From contig JABICB010000009.1 of NCBI GenBank assembly GCA_018652475.1, forward strand, positions 1-58,033: DNA of 58,033 nt, in the 5' to 3' direction. Source of the DNA: an archaeon (lineage in GTDB: Archaea; Nanobdellota; Nanobdellia; SCGC-AAA011-G17; PNOQ01). Positions 48,101 through 56,603 of this stretch are shown here, in pieces. Made by a program: the position numbers and the translations under genes. The stretch's first letter is position 1. Every line of letters begins with the position of its first letter. The notes under the pieces are model-generated. The model saw only the letters and a program-made list of their open reading frames with translations, did not search any database and was not told where the DNA came from.

Positions 48101-48257
48101 TTTTAGTTCCTCTTCGCTTGAATGCGATGTATCTAAATTGTTTGTTTTGTTTATAAGTAAACTTTTTATCGGAGAGTTTAGAAGCTTTAGGAACCTTTAA
48201 TCCATTTTAAAGTTTTAAATCGCTAGTTTTTTATAGTGATAAATCTAATTTCAGTTT

Positions 48258-48899
48258 ATGAAAAAATTGTTGATTTTATTGATGTTATTTTGTATTCCTT
48301 TCGTTAGTGGTGCAACTTTGCATGGAGAAATTTATGATTTAGGTTTTGATTTAGTTGAAAATGTTATAGTTGAAATTAATTCTGAACCGATGCAAAGTGT
48401 TGTGGCTTCAGATGGGAGTTATAGTTTTGAGCTAAATGTCGGAGAGTATATTCTTGTCGCTAAGTATTATGTTGGTCAAGAATTGATATCTAGTGTTGAA
48501 GATGAGATTATAATCATAGAAGAAGGCGATTATGTTTTAGATTTGATTTTATTTCCTGTTTATGATGATTTTTTAGATGAAGATTTGGAAATTGATATTA
48601 TAGGAGATACAGAAGGATTTTTTCTTTATTATTTAATCGGAATTGTTATGGGTTTAATTGGATTGTATTTCTTTGTTAGAAAAAAGAAAAATATATCATT
48701 ATTTGAAGAATCTGACGAACTAGATGATGTTTTAAAATTTATTAAAAAAAGTGGTGGAAGAATTACTCAAAAAGATCTGCGTAAAAATTTGGGTTTAAGT
48801 GAAGCTAAGGCTAGTTTAATAATTACAGAATTAGAACATAAGAAGATTGTTCAGAGAATAAAGAAAGGAAGAGGTAATGTTATTATCTTAACTAAATAG
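48258..48899 (+). CDS. membrane-spanning winged-helix protein: signal peptide + CarboxypepD_reg-like beta-sandwich + TM + cytoplasmic wHTH
   Basis: GATLHGEIYD...DGSYSFELNVGEYILVAKY, a TM segment (FFLYYLIGIVMGLIGLYFFV), and a C-terminal ITQKDLRKNLGLSEAKASLIITELEHKKIV. Confidence 0.6.
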   Translation: MKKLLILLMLFCIPFVSGATLHGEIYDLGFDLVENVIVEINSEPMQSVVASDGSYSFELNVGEYILVAKYYVGQELISSVEDEIIIIEEGDYVLDLILFPVYDDFLDEDLEIDIIGDTEGFFLYYLIGIVMGLIGLYFFVRKKKNISLFEESDELDDVLKFIKKSGGRITQKDLRKNLGLSEAKASLIITELEHKKIVQRIKKGRGNVIILTK

Positions 48900-48905
48900 A
48901 AAAGC

Positions 48906-48913
48906 TTTTAAAA
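48906..48913 (+). promoter_or_regulatory. TATA-like box (TTTTAAAA) ~28 nt upstream of tRNA-Val
   Basis: Sequence and spacing. Confidence 0.4.
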
Positions 48914-48937
48914 TAAAATTATGTTCTTGTTTATCAT

Positions 48938-49012
48938 GAGCCCGTGGCTTAGTCTGGTTAGGGCGTCACGTTTACACCGTGAAGATCGCCGGTTCGAATC
49001 CGGCCGGGCTCA
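48938..49012 (+). tRNA. tRNA-Val (UAC), no encoded CCA
   Basis: Acceptor GAGCCCG/CGGGCTC, anticodon arm TCACG-TTTACAC-CGTGA, T arm GCCGG-TTCGAAT-CCGGC. Confidence 0.9.
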
Positions 49013-49198
49013 TTCTAATATTTTAGTTTCTAGACTATCTGATTTAATATCATAGTATTCAAGAGAATCTACTTGTTCCTCATAATTTAATTCTGGCCCT
49101 AATATTTGGTGTGGGCCTTCACAGTGTTTTATTGAATAAACTAATACCGTTGTTGCTAAGATCATGCTACCATATAATCCAATTTCTTTCCATTTCAT
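49010..49198 (-). CDS. hypothetical small membrane-anchored protein
   Basis: One N-terminal TM helix. Its stop overlaps the tRNA-Val 3' end on the opposite strand. Confidence 0.35.
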   Translation of the reverse strand: MKWKEIGLYGSMILATTVLVYSIKHCEGPHQILGPELNYEEQVDSLEYYDIKSDSLETKILE

Positions 49199-49277
49199 AA
49201 TATATGATTGGGTGAAGCAAATTTATTAAATTATCTTTTCAGGTTAATTTTATATATTAGATTTAAAATAGTATGTT

Positions 49278-49475
49278 ATGTCAAATATTATTAGTAGAAC
49301 TATTGCAGGAATTGGATTAATAATATTGGGTAGTATTTTTTTAGTTTTATCATTTTTTCATTGGAAATTGTTAATATATGCTATTTCGTTTTTAGTATTA
49401 GGAATTTGGATTTTCTTAAATGATAAAGAAGATGATATTGAAAAAATTAAATATAATGGGAGAAAAAGAAAATGA
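49278..49475 (+). CDS. small two-TM membrane protein
   Basis: Two hydrophobic helices. ATGA overlap with the next gene. Confidence 0.45.
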   Translation: MSNIISRTIAGIGLIILGSIFLVLSFFHWKLLIYAISFLVLGIWIFLNDKEDDIEKIKYNGRKRK

Positions 49476-49801
49476 ATGAGATAATTGTGATTACTACTGA
49501 TGCTTTGCCTGGTATGCAAGTTGCTGAGATATTAGGAGTTGTTAAAGGAAGTACTGTAAGAACTAGAAATATTGGACGAGACATAGGTGCAAGTTTAAAG
49601 ACTATCATAGGTGGCGAAATAAAAACTTATACTGCTATGGCTAGTGCTGCTAGGGATGAATCTTATAATAGAATGGTTAATGAAGCAATAGAACTGGGTG
49701 CTGATGCAATTATTGGCGCTAGATTTGTTACTTCCATGATAATGCAGGGTGCTTCCGAAATGTTAGCATATGGTACTGCAGTGAAATTGCATAAAAAGTA
49801 A
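49472..49801 (+). CDS. YbjQ/UPF0145 family protein
   Basis: GVVKGSTVRTRNIGRDI...IGGE...Y...R..A...M...A..LGADAIIGARF. Confidence 0.8.
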   Translation: MNEIIVITTDALPGMQVAEILGVVKGSTVRTRNIGRDIGASLKTIIGGEIKTYTAMASAARDESYNRMVNEAIELGADAIIGARFVTSMIMQGASEMLAYGTAVKLHKK

Positions 49802-49809
49802 GGGAGGAA

Positions 49810-51138
49810 TTAATTCATCCCTTTTTGTTTTGTATGTTTGAAAGGCCTATGTATACCAATCTTTTCTAATTGTTTAAGAATATCTTGTTCTTCCTTGTCA
49901 ACATCTCTTTTTTCTATTAGATATACCTTGTCAACATTTCTTAATTTTTCTTTAACTTTGAATGAGATTTCATCTCCTTTTTTTGCTTTCTTTATTTTTT
50001 TATCTTCTAATCTAATTTCTTTTATTTTAGTTTTATAATATCCAGTTGTTGGTCCCATGAAACAAACTTCATCACCAATTTTCACTTCTCTATTTTCTTC
50101 TATTTTTATTGCAACCACTTTCAATTTTGGAAAAAATTGAGTAACTTTTCCTAACTTTGATTTTTTTTCAGTTGCTATTGAACCATAAAATTTTGCCCAT
50201 GAATCATTTGTTGGAGTTCCTAGGAAGAAATTTGTTGAAAATCCCCTATTGAATACTTTATGTAATTTATTTACTAATTTTATCATTTCTTTCTTTGTAA
50301 ATTTTTTCTTGTCGATTAAATCAATTGCAGCCCTGTATGCCCTGGTAACCTCGTAGACATATTCTGGTCCTTTTGCTCGTCCTTCTATTTTAAAAACATC
50401 AATTCCCGCTTCTACTAACTTATCTAAAATTGGGAGTGCACAAAGATCCTTGGGAGACATAACATATCCTCCATCTAGAATAAATTCTCTTCTCGAATCT
50501 TCAATATCAGTTATTTTGTATCTTCTCCTACATTCTTGTAAACATTGTCCCCTATTTGCTGATAATCTATTATGGAACTGACTCATGAAACATCTTCCAG
50601 AATATGCCACGCAAAGTGAGCCATGAACAAAGGTTTCTAATTCTATTTCCCTTCCATTAAAATTTAATTTATTTTTCTTTATTTTTTCTTTAATAGATTT
50701 TATTTGATCTATTGTACATTCTCTTGCTAATACTATTCTTGGTGCAAATTTTGAAAAGAATTTTATTGCTTCATAATTTGATGCAGATAATTGTGTGCTA
50801 GTATGTACTTCTATATCATTATCATTACAAAGTTGTATTATTGCCATATCTGTTGCTATTACTGCATCAACTTTTGATTTTTTTATTTCTTTCAGAATTC
50901 TTTTAACTTTTGTAAGTTCATGATCATAAATTAATGTATTCAAAGTTAGATAACCCTTCATTTTATTTTTATGAAGTTTTTTCATCAATTTGTCTAATTC
51001 AGTTATATCGAAATTCCTTGCTGATGCTGAACGCATATTTATCCATTTGATTCCAAAATATACTGAGTCTGCCTTAGCTTTAATTGCTGCAGATAAAGTT
51101 TCCCAATCTCCTACTGGTGCTAAAAGTTCTGGTTTCAT
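49810..51138 (-). CDS. peptidase U32 family protein (RlhA/TrhP-like RNA hydroxylation family)
   Basis: MKPELLAPVGDWETL...ADSVYFG and the Cys-rich centre HGSLCVAYSGRC...QC. Confidence 0.8.
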   Translation of the reverse strand: MKPELLAPVGDWETLSAAIKAKADSVYFGIKWINMRSASARNFDITELDKLMKKLHKNKMKGYLTLNTLIYDHELTKVKRILKEIKKSKVDAVIATDMAIIQLCNDNDIEVHTSTQLSASNYEAIKFFSKFAPRIVLARECTIDQIKSIKEKIKKNKLNFNGREIELETFVHGSLCVAYSGRCFMSQFHNRLSANRGQCLQECRRRYKITDIEDSRREFILDGGYVMSPKDLCALPILDKLVEAGIDVFKIEGRAKGPEYVYEVTRAYRAAIDLIDKKKFTKKEMIKLVNKLHKVFNRGFSTNFFLGTPTNDSWAKFYGSIATEKKSKLGKVTQFFPKLKVVAIKIEENREVKIGDEVCFMGPTTGYYKTKIKEIRLEDKKIKKAKKGDEISFKVKEKLRNVDKVYLIEKRDVDKEEQDILKQLEKIGIHRPFKHTKQKGMN

Positions 51139-51368
51139 ATTATTTTTTCGTTATCTTTTTCTATGTGAATAACATTTACTGGGCAGGATTCTGCCACTTC
51201 TTTACTTTGGTCAAAGTTTTCTTCAAGTTCTTTTTCATTTTCTGTATTTTCTAATAAGTTTGCTTTTCCATCTTCGGAACTCATTTCCCAATTGTTAGGA
51301 TCTAATGATGCGCATGCTCCACAACCTATACATCCTTCTCTATCGTGTATTATTTTGTATTTTGCCAT
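51135..51368 (-). CDS. fdx: small ferredoxin (single Fe-S cluster type)
   Basis: CIGCGAC...CP motif. Its stop overlaps the U32 start (4-nt overlap). Confidence 0.75.
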   Translation of the reverse strand: MAKYKIIHDREGCIGCGACASLDPNNWEMSSEDGKANLLENTENEKELEENFDQSKEVAESCPVNVIHIEKDNEKII

Positions 51369-51408
51369 AGAATTAAATTTTTTAATTGGTTTAAAAAGTT
51401 AACTATAA

Positions 51409-52314
51409 TTAGTTTTTTTGTTTTAAATAGAATATGAATATTCCCCAGATTGCAACTATTGATGCTAAAATATAGTAGAATGCAAATGGATTATTTTGTA
51501 AGGGTAAGGTAATATTCATACCATAAATTCCTGAGATTGCTGCCGGAACTGTAATTAGAATAGTAAATACTGTTAGTGCTGTAATAAGTTTGTTTAATTT
51601 ATTTGATAAGGTAACTTCCAAGTGATTTCTAAGGTTTGAAATCTTTTTTAGTGATGCTCTACAAAGATCTAATCCTTGTCTGGCTTCAATTTTCAAATCT
51701 TCCATTTGTTCTTTATCTTCATCTAATAATTTTATGTGTTTTATTATTCTTTCATATACTAAACTTGTGTAATAATATGAAGATACATAATTGTTTAGGG
51801 TATCTTCTTGGAGTAATAATGAATTAATATCTCTTTCAGACAATTTATCTATAAGTGATTTTTTTTCAGAATTCACACTCCTAACAATCCTTAATGTTGC
51901 TTTCTCAAATTCTTCATTTATTGTAGCTAACAATTTTAATAATGAAGTTATTTTTAGAGTTGTTGTGAACTTTGTTGTCCCATCTATTAAGTTAGTAATA
52001 AATTTTGGTTGAGTTCTAGATAATGTTAAAATAAAGTTCTTTGTTATTACTATCAGAAAAGTTTCTAATTCTTTTTTATTTGGTGATAAAATTTTTAATA
52101 ATATATAAATTCCCTCTTCACTTTTTTCTACTCTAGGAATTTCATTTTTATCTGTTCCGGAAATTATATTCTGTTCATCTAATTCATAAGTTTCAGATAA
52201 ATACTTTATTTCCTTTTCAGTCGGATTTACTACATTAACCCAGCATCCTTTTTCATAAGATTTCAATTTTTTCAATTTTCTATCTTTTAGTGCTTTCTTG
52301 TAGTAAGTAATCAT
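51409..52314 (-). CDS. corA: CorA-family magnesium transporter
   Basis: YGMN motif followed by two C-terminal TM helices. Confidence 0.85.
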   Translation of the reverse strand: MITYYKKALKDRKLKKLKSYEKGCWVNVVNPTEKEIKYLSETYELDEQNIISGTDKNEIPRVEKSEEGIYILLKILSPNKKELETFLIVITKNFILTLSRTQPKFITNLIDGTTKFTTTLKITSLLKLLATINEEFEKATLRIVRSVNSEKKSLIDKLSERDINSLLLQEDTLNNYVSSYYYTSLVYERIIKHIKLLDEDKEQMEDLKIEARQGLDLCRASLKKISNLRNHLEVTLSNKLNKLITALTVFTILITVPAAISGIYGMNITLPLQNNPFAFYYILASIVAIWGIFIFYLKQKN

Positions 52315-52356
52315 ATTACTTTTTTCATTTATTGCTTTAAAAGGGTTGTTATAGAA

Positions 52357-52578
52357 TTATATTTTTATTACTTCATACATAGATACAAATTTTTCCATTT
52401 CTTTTTTTGGAATATTATAACTCGCACTTTTTTTAACAAAATCTTCAGTAAAAAAATTTATAGTGTATAAATCACTATTTCTAGTTGGACCTTCATTTTT
52501 TATGCAAATATATTTGATTTCTTTACTAAGTAATCTTTCTAAATTTTCTCTTGCCTGTTCAGTTATATCTGTACTCAT
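52357..52578 (-). CDS. hypothetical small protein
   Basis: ORF only. Confidence 0.4.
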   Translation of the reverse strand: MSTDITEQARENLERLLSKEIKYICIKNEGPTRNSDLYTINFFTEDFVKKSASYNIPKKEMEKFVSMYEVIKI

Positions 52579-52643
52579 TGTATAGTAGTACTAATGGTAA
52601 CCTTTATAAAGTATTCTCTTTTTCTGTTTTTACATATAGTCAT

Positions 52644-54590
52644 ATGGTAAATAAAAATAATTTAGAGACAATCCTCCAAAAGGATGTGGGCTCTAAATCT
52701 GATTCTAAGTTGAAAAAATTTGGTTCAAATTTATTTAATAAAAAACATTGGAAAACGATTGGGAATAAATTAAATACTACAAAAAAACTTGATTTGAAAT
52801 CTTCATTATTGTTTTCTTCTTTATCGGGGCTGGGTGCAGCAGAGTTAATAGTCCGGGGCCATGTTGAAGAAGGAGTTCTACTTTCCACATCATTTGGTTC
52901 ACTTGCATATGCATATACAAATGTGCCTGCCGCATATAGGATCTTTAAACTGGATGAAAATAGATTGGATACTGTAGATAAATTAGTTAATAAAATTGGC
53001 GATGATTCTTTTTTAAATCAAGATTTAAAAAAATCTCTAAAAGTTTTTAATAAAAGTTCCGATGAAGATTTCGAAATAATTAAAGCATATATAGATACGT
53101 CAATTGATAAATCAGTTATATACTCAAAATTTTTAAATAATATTCATGAATCTATCTCTGGAAAATCAGTTGATATAAAAAAGTTCATTAAAAATTATGT
53201 AACTAATCCTCAGTTTCATTTATATCTTAATGAAAGTTCTGAAATAAGTGATATTCTAGAAACAAAATCGGATAAAGTTATAAAACTAGCAACAATTGCT
53301 GCCAAATCTAATCAAGTTAAACAACAATTTAGTTATTTATATAATTTAGATACTGATAATTATTTTGAGATTTATAAAAATCTTTTAGAATTAGAGGGAG
53401 GAGATACTTATGCAGTCCATTGTCTAGATCTTCAATTAAGGAGAAATATTGGTGATGATAAATTAAATTCATCCTTATCTCGTGCAGTTAAAAGAGGTTT
53501 AAAATTTAATAATTTAGGCAATCTACTCTCAAAATATAGCGATATGGAAAAAGGTGATAAAAGAAAAGATATTCTTTTGGATATCTCTGAACGAGTGTCA
53601 AGAACTTATTTTAATGATGCTGTTGATTTTATATCTGATCTTAGTTTAACTAATTCTTTTCTTTCTAAACAAGAGATATCTCAACGTAAGAAGTTAATTA
53701 ATACAATTCATGATATGGGAAAAAAGAAAAAAGCTAAGTTTTTCCATAGGGTAGTTCCCTTGTATAGGTTGTGTTCTGATAATATTTTATCTGTTTTAAG
53801 TTCATTTTCTAAGGATTATGATTTTACAAATATTGATAACTTCGATACAAATATAACTAATTATATTCAAGATTATTTTTCAATAGATGAAATTTCTTCA
53901 ACACTGAGTATGGATGAACAGATGCAGGTTTTTGCAAGTTATTCACATAACTGGAATGTAAGAAATTCGCTTAAATTTTCTAGTACTCTTTTGAGGGGTG
54001 GAGATATTTGGGAATATCGGTTTTCTAATTATCCTACTTTTAAAAAACATGATCAATTTCATAATTTGGCAAAAAATTATGTTTATGAAACGATATCTTC
54101 TAAAGGCGAAGACACACAATTTACTTATTTTACTCCTACTACACTTAAGGAATTCGCATTCATAGGAGAATATCCTTCTAAAACTTGTTTGGGGTTAAAT
54201 CGAATGAATTCAGATTGTTTAGTGAGGATGGCAGAAAATCCTAATATGATACCTTTTGTAGCATCTAACTCCGAAGGGAAAATTGTTAAGAGGGCCTTTT
54301 TATGGGATTCAGAAGATTATGTAATGATTGATGATATTTATGGTGATCAAAATATTGATATTATTCCTCAAGCTAAAATTTTTTCAGAAACTCTTGGGAA
54401 AAAATTAGTAGTACCTAATAGAATTTTTAATAATTATGTTTCTAGTTTAGATTCTGATGAAAAAGAAATTTTTTCAAATACTACCTTAGAAGAAATCACT
54501 ATTGATTTTGGTGAGCTTTCTTATTCAAATTCAGTGCCCGGAAGAGTTTCTGGTGAAAAGACATTGGAATGTTATATTCTCAATGATTAA
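52644..54590 (+). CDS. large hypothetical membrane-associated protein (648 aa)
   Basis: ATG 52644 (MVNKNN). Two hydrophobic segments near the N-terminus and no recognisable domain. The ORF-track extension from 52551 overlaps the divergent gene. Confidence 0.6.
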   Translation: MVNKNNLETILQKDVGSKSDSKLKKFGSNLFNKKHWKTIGNKLNTTKKLDLKSSLLFSSLSGLGAAELIVRGHVEEGVLLSTSFGSLAYAYTNVPAAYRIFKLDENRLDTVDKLVNKIGDDSFLNQDLKKSLKVFNKSSDEDFEIIKAYIDTSIDKSVIYSKFLNNIHESISGKSVDIKKFIKNYVTNPQFHLYLNESSEISDILETKSDKVIKLATIAAKSNQVKQQFSYLYNLDTDNYFEIYKNLLELEGGDTYAVHCLDLQLRRNIGDDKLNSSLSRAVKRGLKFNNLGNLLSKYSDMEKGDKRKDILLDISERVSRTYFNDAVDFISDLSLTNSFLSKQEISQRKKLINTIHDMGKKKKAKFFHRVVPLYRLCSDNILSVLSSFSKDYDFTNIDNFDTNITNYIQDYFSIDEISSTLSMDEQMQVFASYSHNWNVRNSLKFSSTLLRGGDIWEYRFSNYPTFKKHDQFHNLAKNYVYETISSKGEDTQFTYFTPTTLKEFAFIGEYPSKTCLGLNRMNSDCLVRMAENPNMIPFVASNSEGKIVKRAFLWDSEDYVMIDDIYGDQNIDIIPQAKIFSETLGKKLVVPNRIFNNYVSSLDSDEKEIFSNTTLEEITIDFGELSYSNSVPGRVSGEKTLECYILND

Positions 54591-55677
54591 TTTTTATTAT
54601 TTTTTCCCATGCAAAATCTTCATTTGTGAAATGACCATTTGTTGAAGTTTGTTTGTAGATTGGTTTTCTCAAATCAAAATATTCAATTATTTCTGAGGGT
54701 TTTAATGGAAAGTTTTCTTTTACTATTTTTATCAATTTTTCTTCTGATAATTCTGAAGTTCCAAATGAATCTATGAATATACTTACTGGTTCTGCAACTC
54801 CTATTGCATAACTTAAACCAACTTCACATCTTTGACATAGTTTATTTGCAACTAGGTTTTTTGCTATGAATCTCGCTGCGTATGCTGCACTCCTATCAAC
54901 TTTTGAAGGATCCTTGCCAGAAAATGCTCCCCCTCCATGTTTCCCCATTCCCCCATAGGTATCCACTATTATTTTTCTTCCTGTTACTCCTACATCAGCT
55001 TCTGGTCCGCCCTTAATGAAACTTCCAGTAGGATTTATTAAAAATTTAGTATTTTCATCTAAATAAGTTTTACAAACAGGTTTGATTACCTTTTCTAGGA
55101 TATCTCTTTCTAAGATATTCCTGTCTATTTCATTATGTTGAGTTGATAGAACTATAGTTTGAATTTTATTTGGTTTTGATTCGTGATATTTTACAGTTAC
55201 CTGGGATTTTCCATCAGGCATAATATAATTTATTTCTTTACTTTTTCTCAATTCTGTTAATTTCTTTGTTAGTTTATGTGCTAAGTAAATTGGTAGTGGC
55301 AAGTAGTTATCTGTTTCATTACATGCGTAACCAAACATCATACCTTGGTCTCCTGCACCTTGTTCTTTATTTTCTTCTTTATTTACTCCTTGAGAAATTT
55401 CTTGACTTTGTTTTGTTACATTTATAATTATTTTAGGATTATACTCATATCCAATTTCTTTTATTACATTCCTTGCTGTTTCGGCCAAATTTACTTTCGC
55501 ATTTGAAGATATTTCTCCCGCCAAGATTACTAAATCATTCTTTACTAGAGTTTCAATAGCTACTCTTGAGTTTTTATCTTGTTTTAGGTGTTCATCTAAG
55601 ATTGCGTCTGAGATTTGGTCACACATTTTATCAGGGTGACCTTCAGTTACTGATTCAGAAGTAAATAATTTTTCCAT
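54580..55677 (-). CDS. metK: S-adenosylmethionine synthetase, bacterial/eukaryotic type
   Basis: ESVTEGHPDKMCDQISDAILD, GAGDQGMMFGYA and GGGAFSGKDPSKVDRSAAY. Confidence 0.9.
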   Translation of the reverse strand: MEKLFTSESVTEGHPDKMCDQISDAILDEHLKQDKNSRVAIETLVKNDLVILAGEISSNAKVNLAETARNVIKEIGYEYNPKIIINVTKQSQEISQGVNKEENKEQGAGDQGMMFGYACNETDNYLPLPIYLAHKLTKKLTELRKSKEINYIMPDGKSQVTVKYHESKPNKIQTIVLSTQHNEIDRNILERDILEKVIKPVCKTYLDENTKFLINPTGSFIKGGPEADVGVTGRKIIVDTYGGMGKHGGGAFSGKDPSKVDRSAAYAARFIAKNLVANKLCQRCEVGLSYAIGVAEPVSIFIDSFGTSELSEEKLIKIVKENFPLKPSEIIEYFDLRKPIYKQTSTNGHFTNEDFAWEKIIKINH

Positions 55678-55749
55678 GTATTTTTAATTTGAAACTGTAT
55701 TATAAATCTTTTCAAAACCTTTAAAAAAGATTATTTTTTGCATAAACTT

Positions 55750-56025
55750 ATGAAAATATATAAAACTAAAAATAATTGCGGAGATTTTCACGTGCAAATT
55801 TCAAAAAGTACGGTTGAGACTATAGTTAGATCTAGTATGGATACTCCTGGAAGTTGTTCAAAATATTATTCTGCTGCAGATAGATTATCTTATGATTTAA
55901 ATTTTAGTGGATTTTCGGAAGAAGAATTAATTTCTAAATATGAGTTAAAAACTTGTCCTTTGGGAAAAGATAGTTGTCCTAAATTGTTAGTTAATTTATT
56001 AAAACAATATAATTCAGAAAATTAA
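55750..56025 (+). CDS. hypothetical Cys-containing small protein
   Basis: ORF; the ATG at 55750 is preferred to the TTG at 55738. Confidence 0.35.
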   Translation: MKIYKTKNNCGDFHVQISKSTVETIVRSSMDTPGSCSKYYSAADRLSYDLNFSGFSEEELISKYELKTCPLGKDSCPKLLVNLLKQYNSEN

Positions 56026-56603
56026 AATTCACCAAATATTTTCATTACTGCTTTTTTGAATTGTGTATACATATCTGTATCTGCTATACTTTCGTTTTCA
56101 TTAAATGATTTACACATTGATATATAATACCATTTTTGTTCTTCTTTTGGTGCATGAAATTTTTCCCAAACTTTTTCACCCATTATTTTATGATCTTCTA
56201 TTGTTGTCCTTATATTTGAAAGTTTATCTGCACAAGAAAGCATTTTCATATCCCGGTTTGCAGTTTTTATGAATTTGATAGTGTGGCTTTTATTGGTTTT
56301 CCATATATTTTCTGGTTTAATTGTTATTTTTTTCTTTTCTAGTTTTGATGGTTCTGTTGCCCCTCTAACTAATTCTGCTACCCCTCTTCCAAATTCTTTT
56401 TCAATATCCTCCATAGTGGTATCGGTATCTTCTACTGTGTCGTGTAAAAGTCCTGCAATTACTGCATTAGGAGTTGCATTATTTTTCATTAAAATTATTG
56501 ACACTTCCATTGGGTGGATGATATATGGTGCCCCAGTTCCTTTTCTTTTTTGACCTAAATGTGCCTCGTGTGCAAATTCAAATGCTTTAGTTATTCTTTC
56601 CAT
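56022..56603 (-). CDS. stand-alone RelA/SpoT-type HD-domain hydrolase (small alarmone hydrolase / Mesh1-like)
   Basis: AHLGQKRKGTGAPYIIHPMEV...AGLLHDTVEDT...FGRGVAELVRG. Confidence 0.8.
   Translation of the reverse strand: MERITKAFEFAHEAHLGQKRKGTGAPYIIHPMEVSIILMKNNATPNAVIAGLLHDTVEDTDTTMEDIEKEFGRGVAELVRGATEPSKLEKKKITIKPENIWKTNKSHTIKFIKTANRDMKMLSCADKLSNIRTTIEDHKIMGEKVWEKFHAPKEEQKWYYISMCKSFNENESIADTDMYTQFKKAVMKIFGEF

Noticed and set aside
48938-49012. tRNA-Val or tRNA-His as an integration site of a mobile element or provirus (genomic island boundaries).
   Set aside because: There is no integrase, transposase or phage-like gene nearby, and I noticed no duplicated tRNA 3' fragment in the window. 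The flanking genes are ordinary. No CRISPR array or IS element was seen anywhere in the window.
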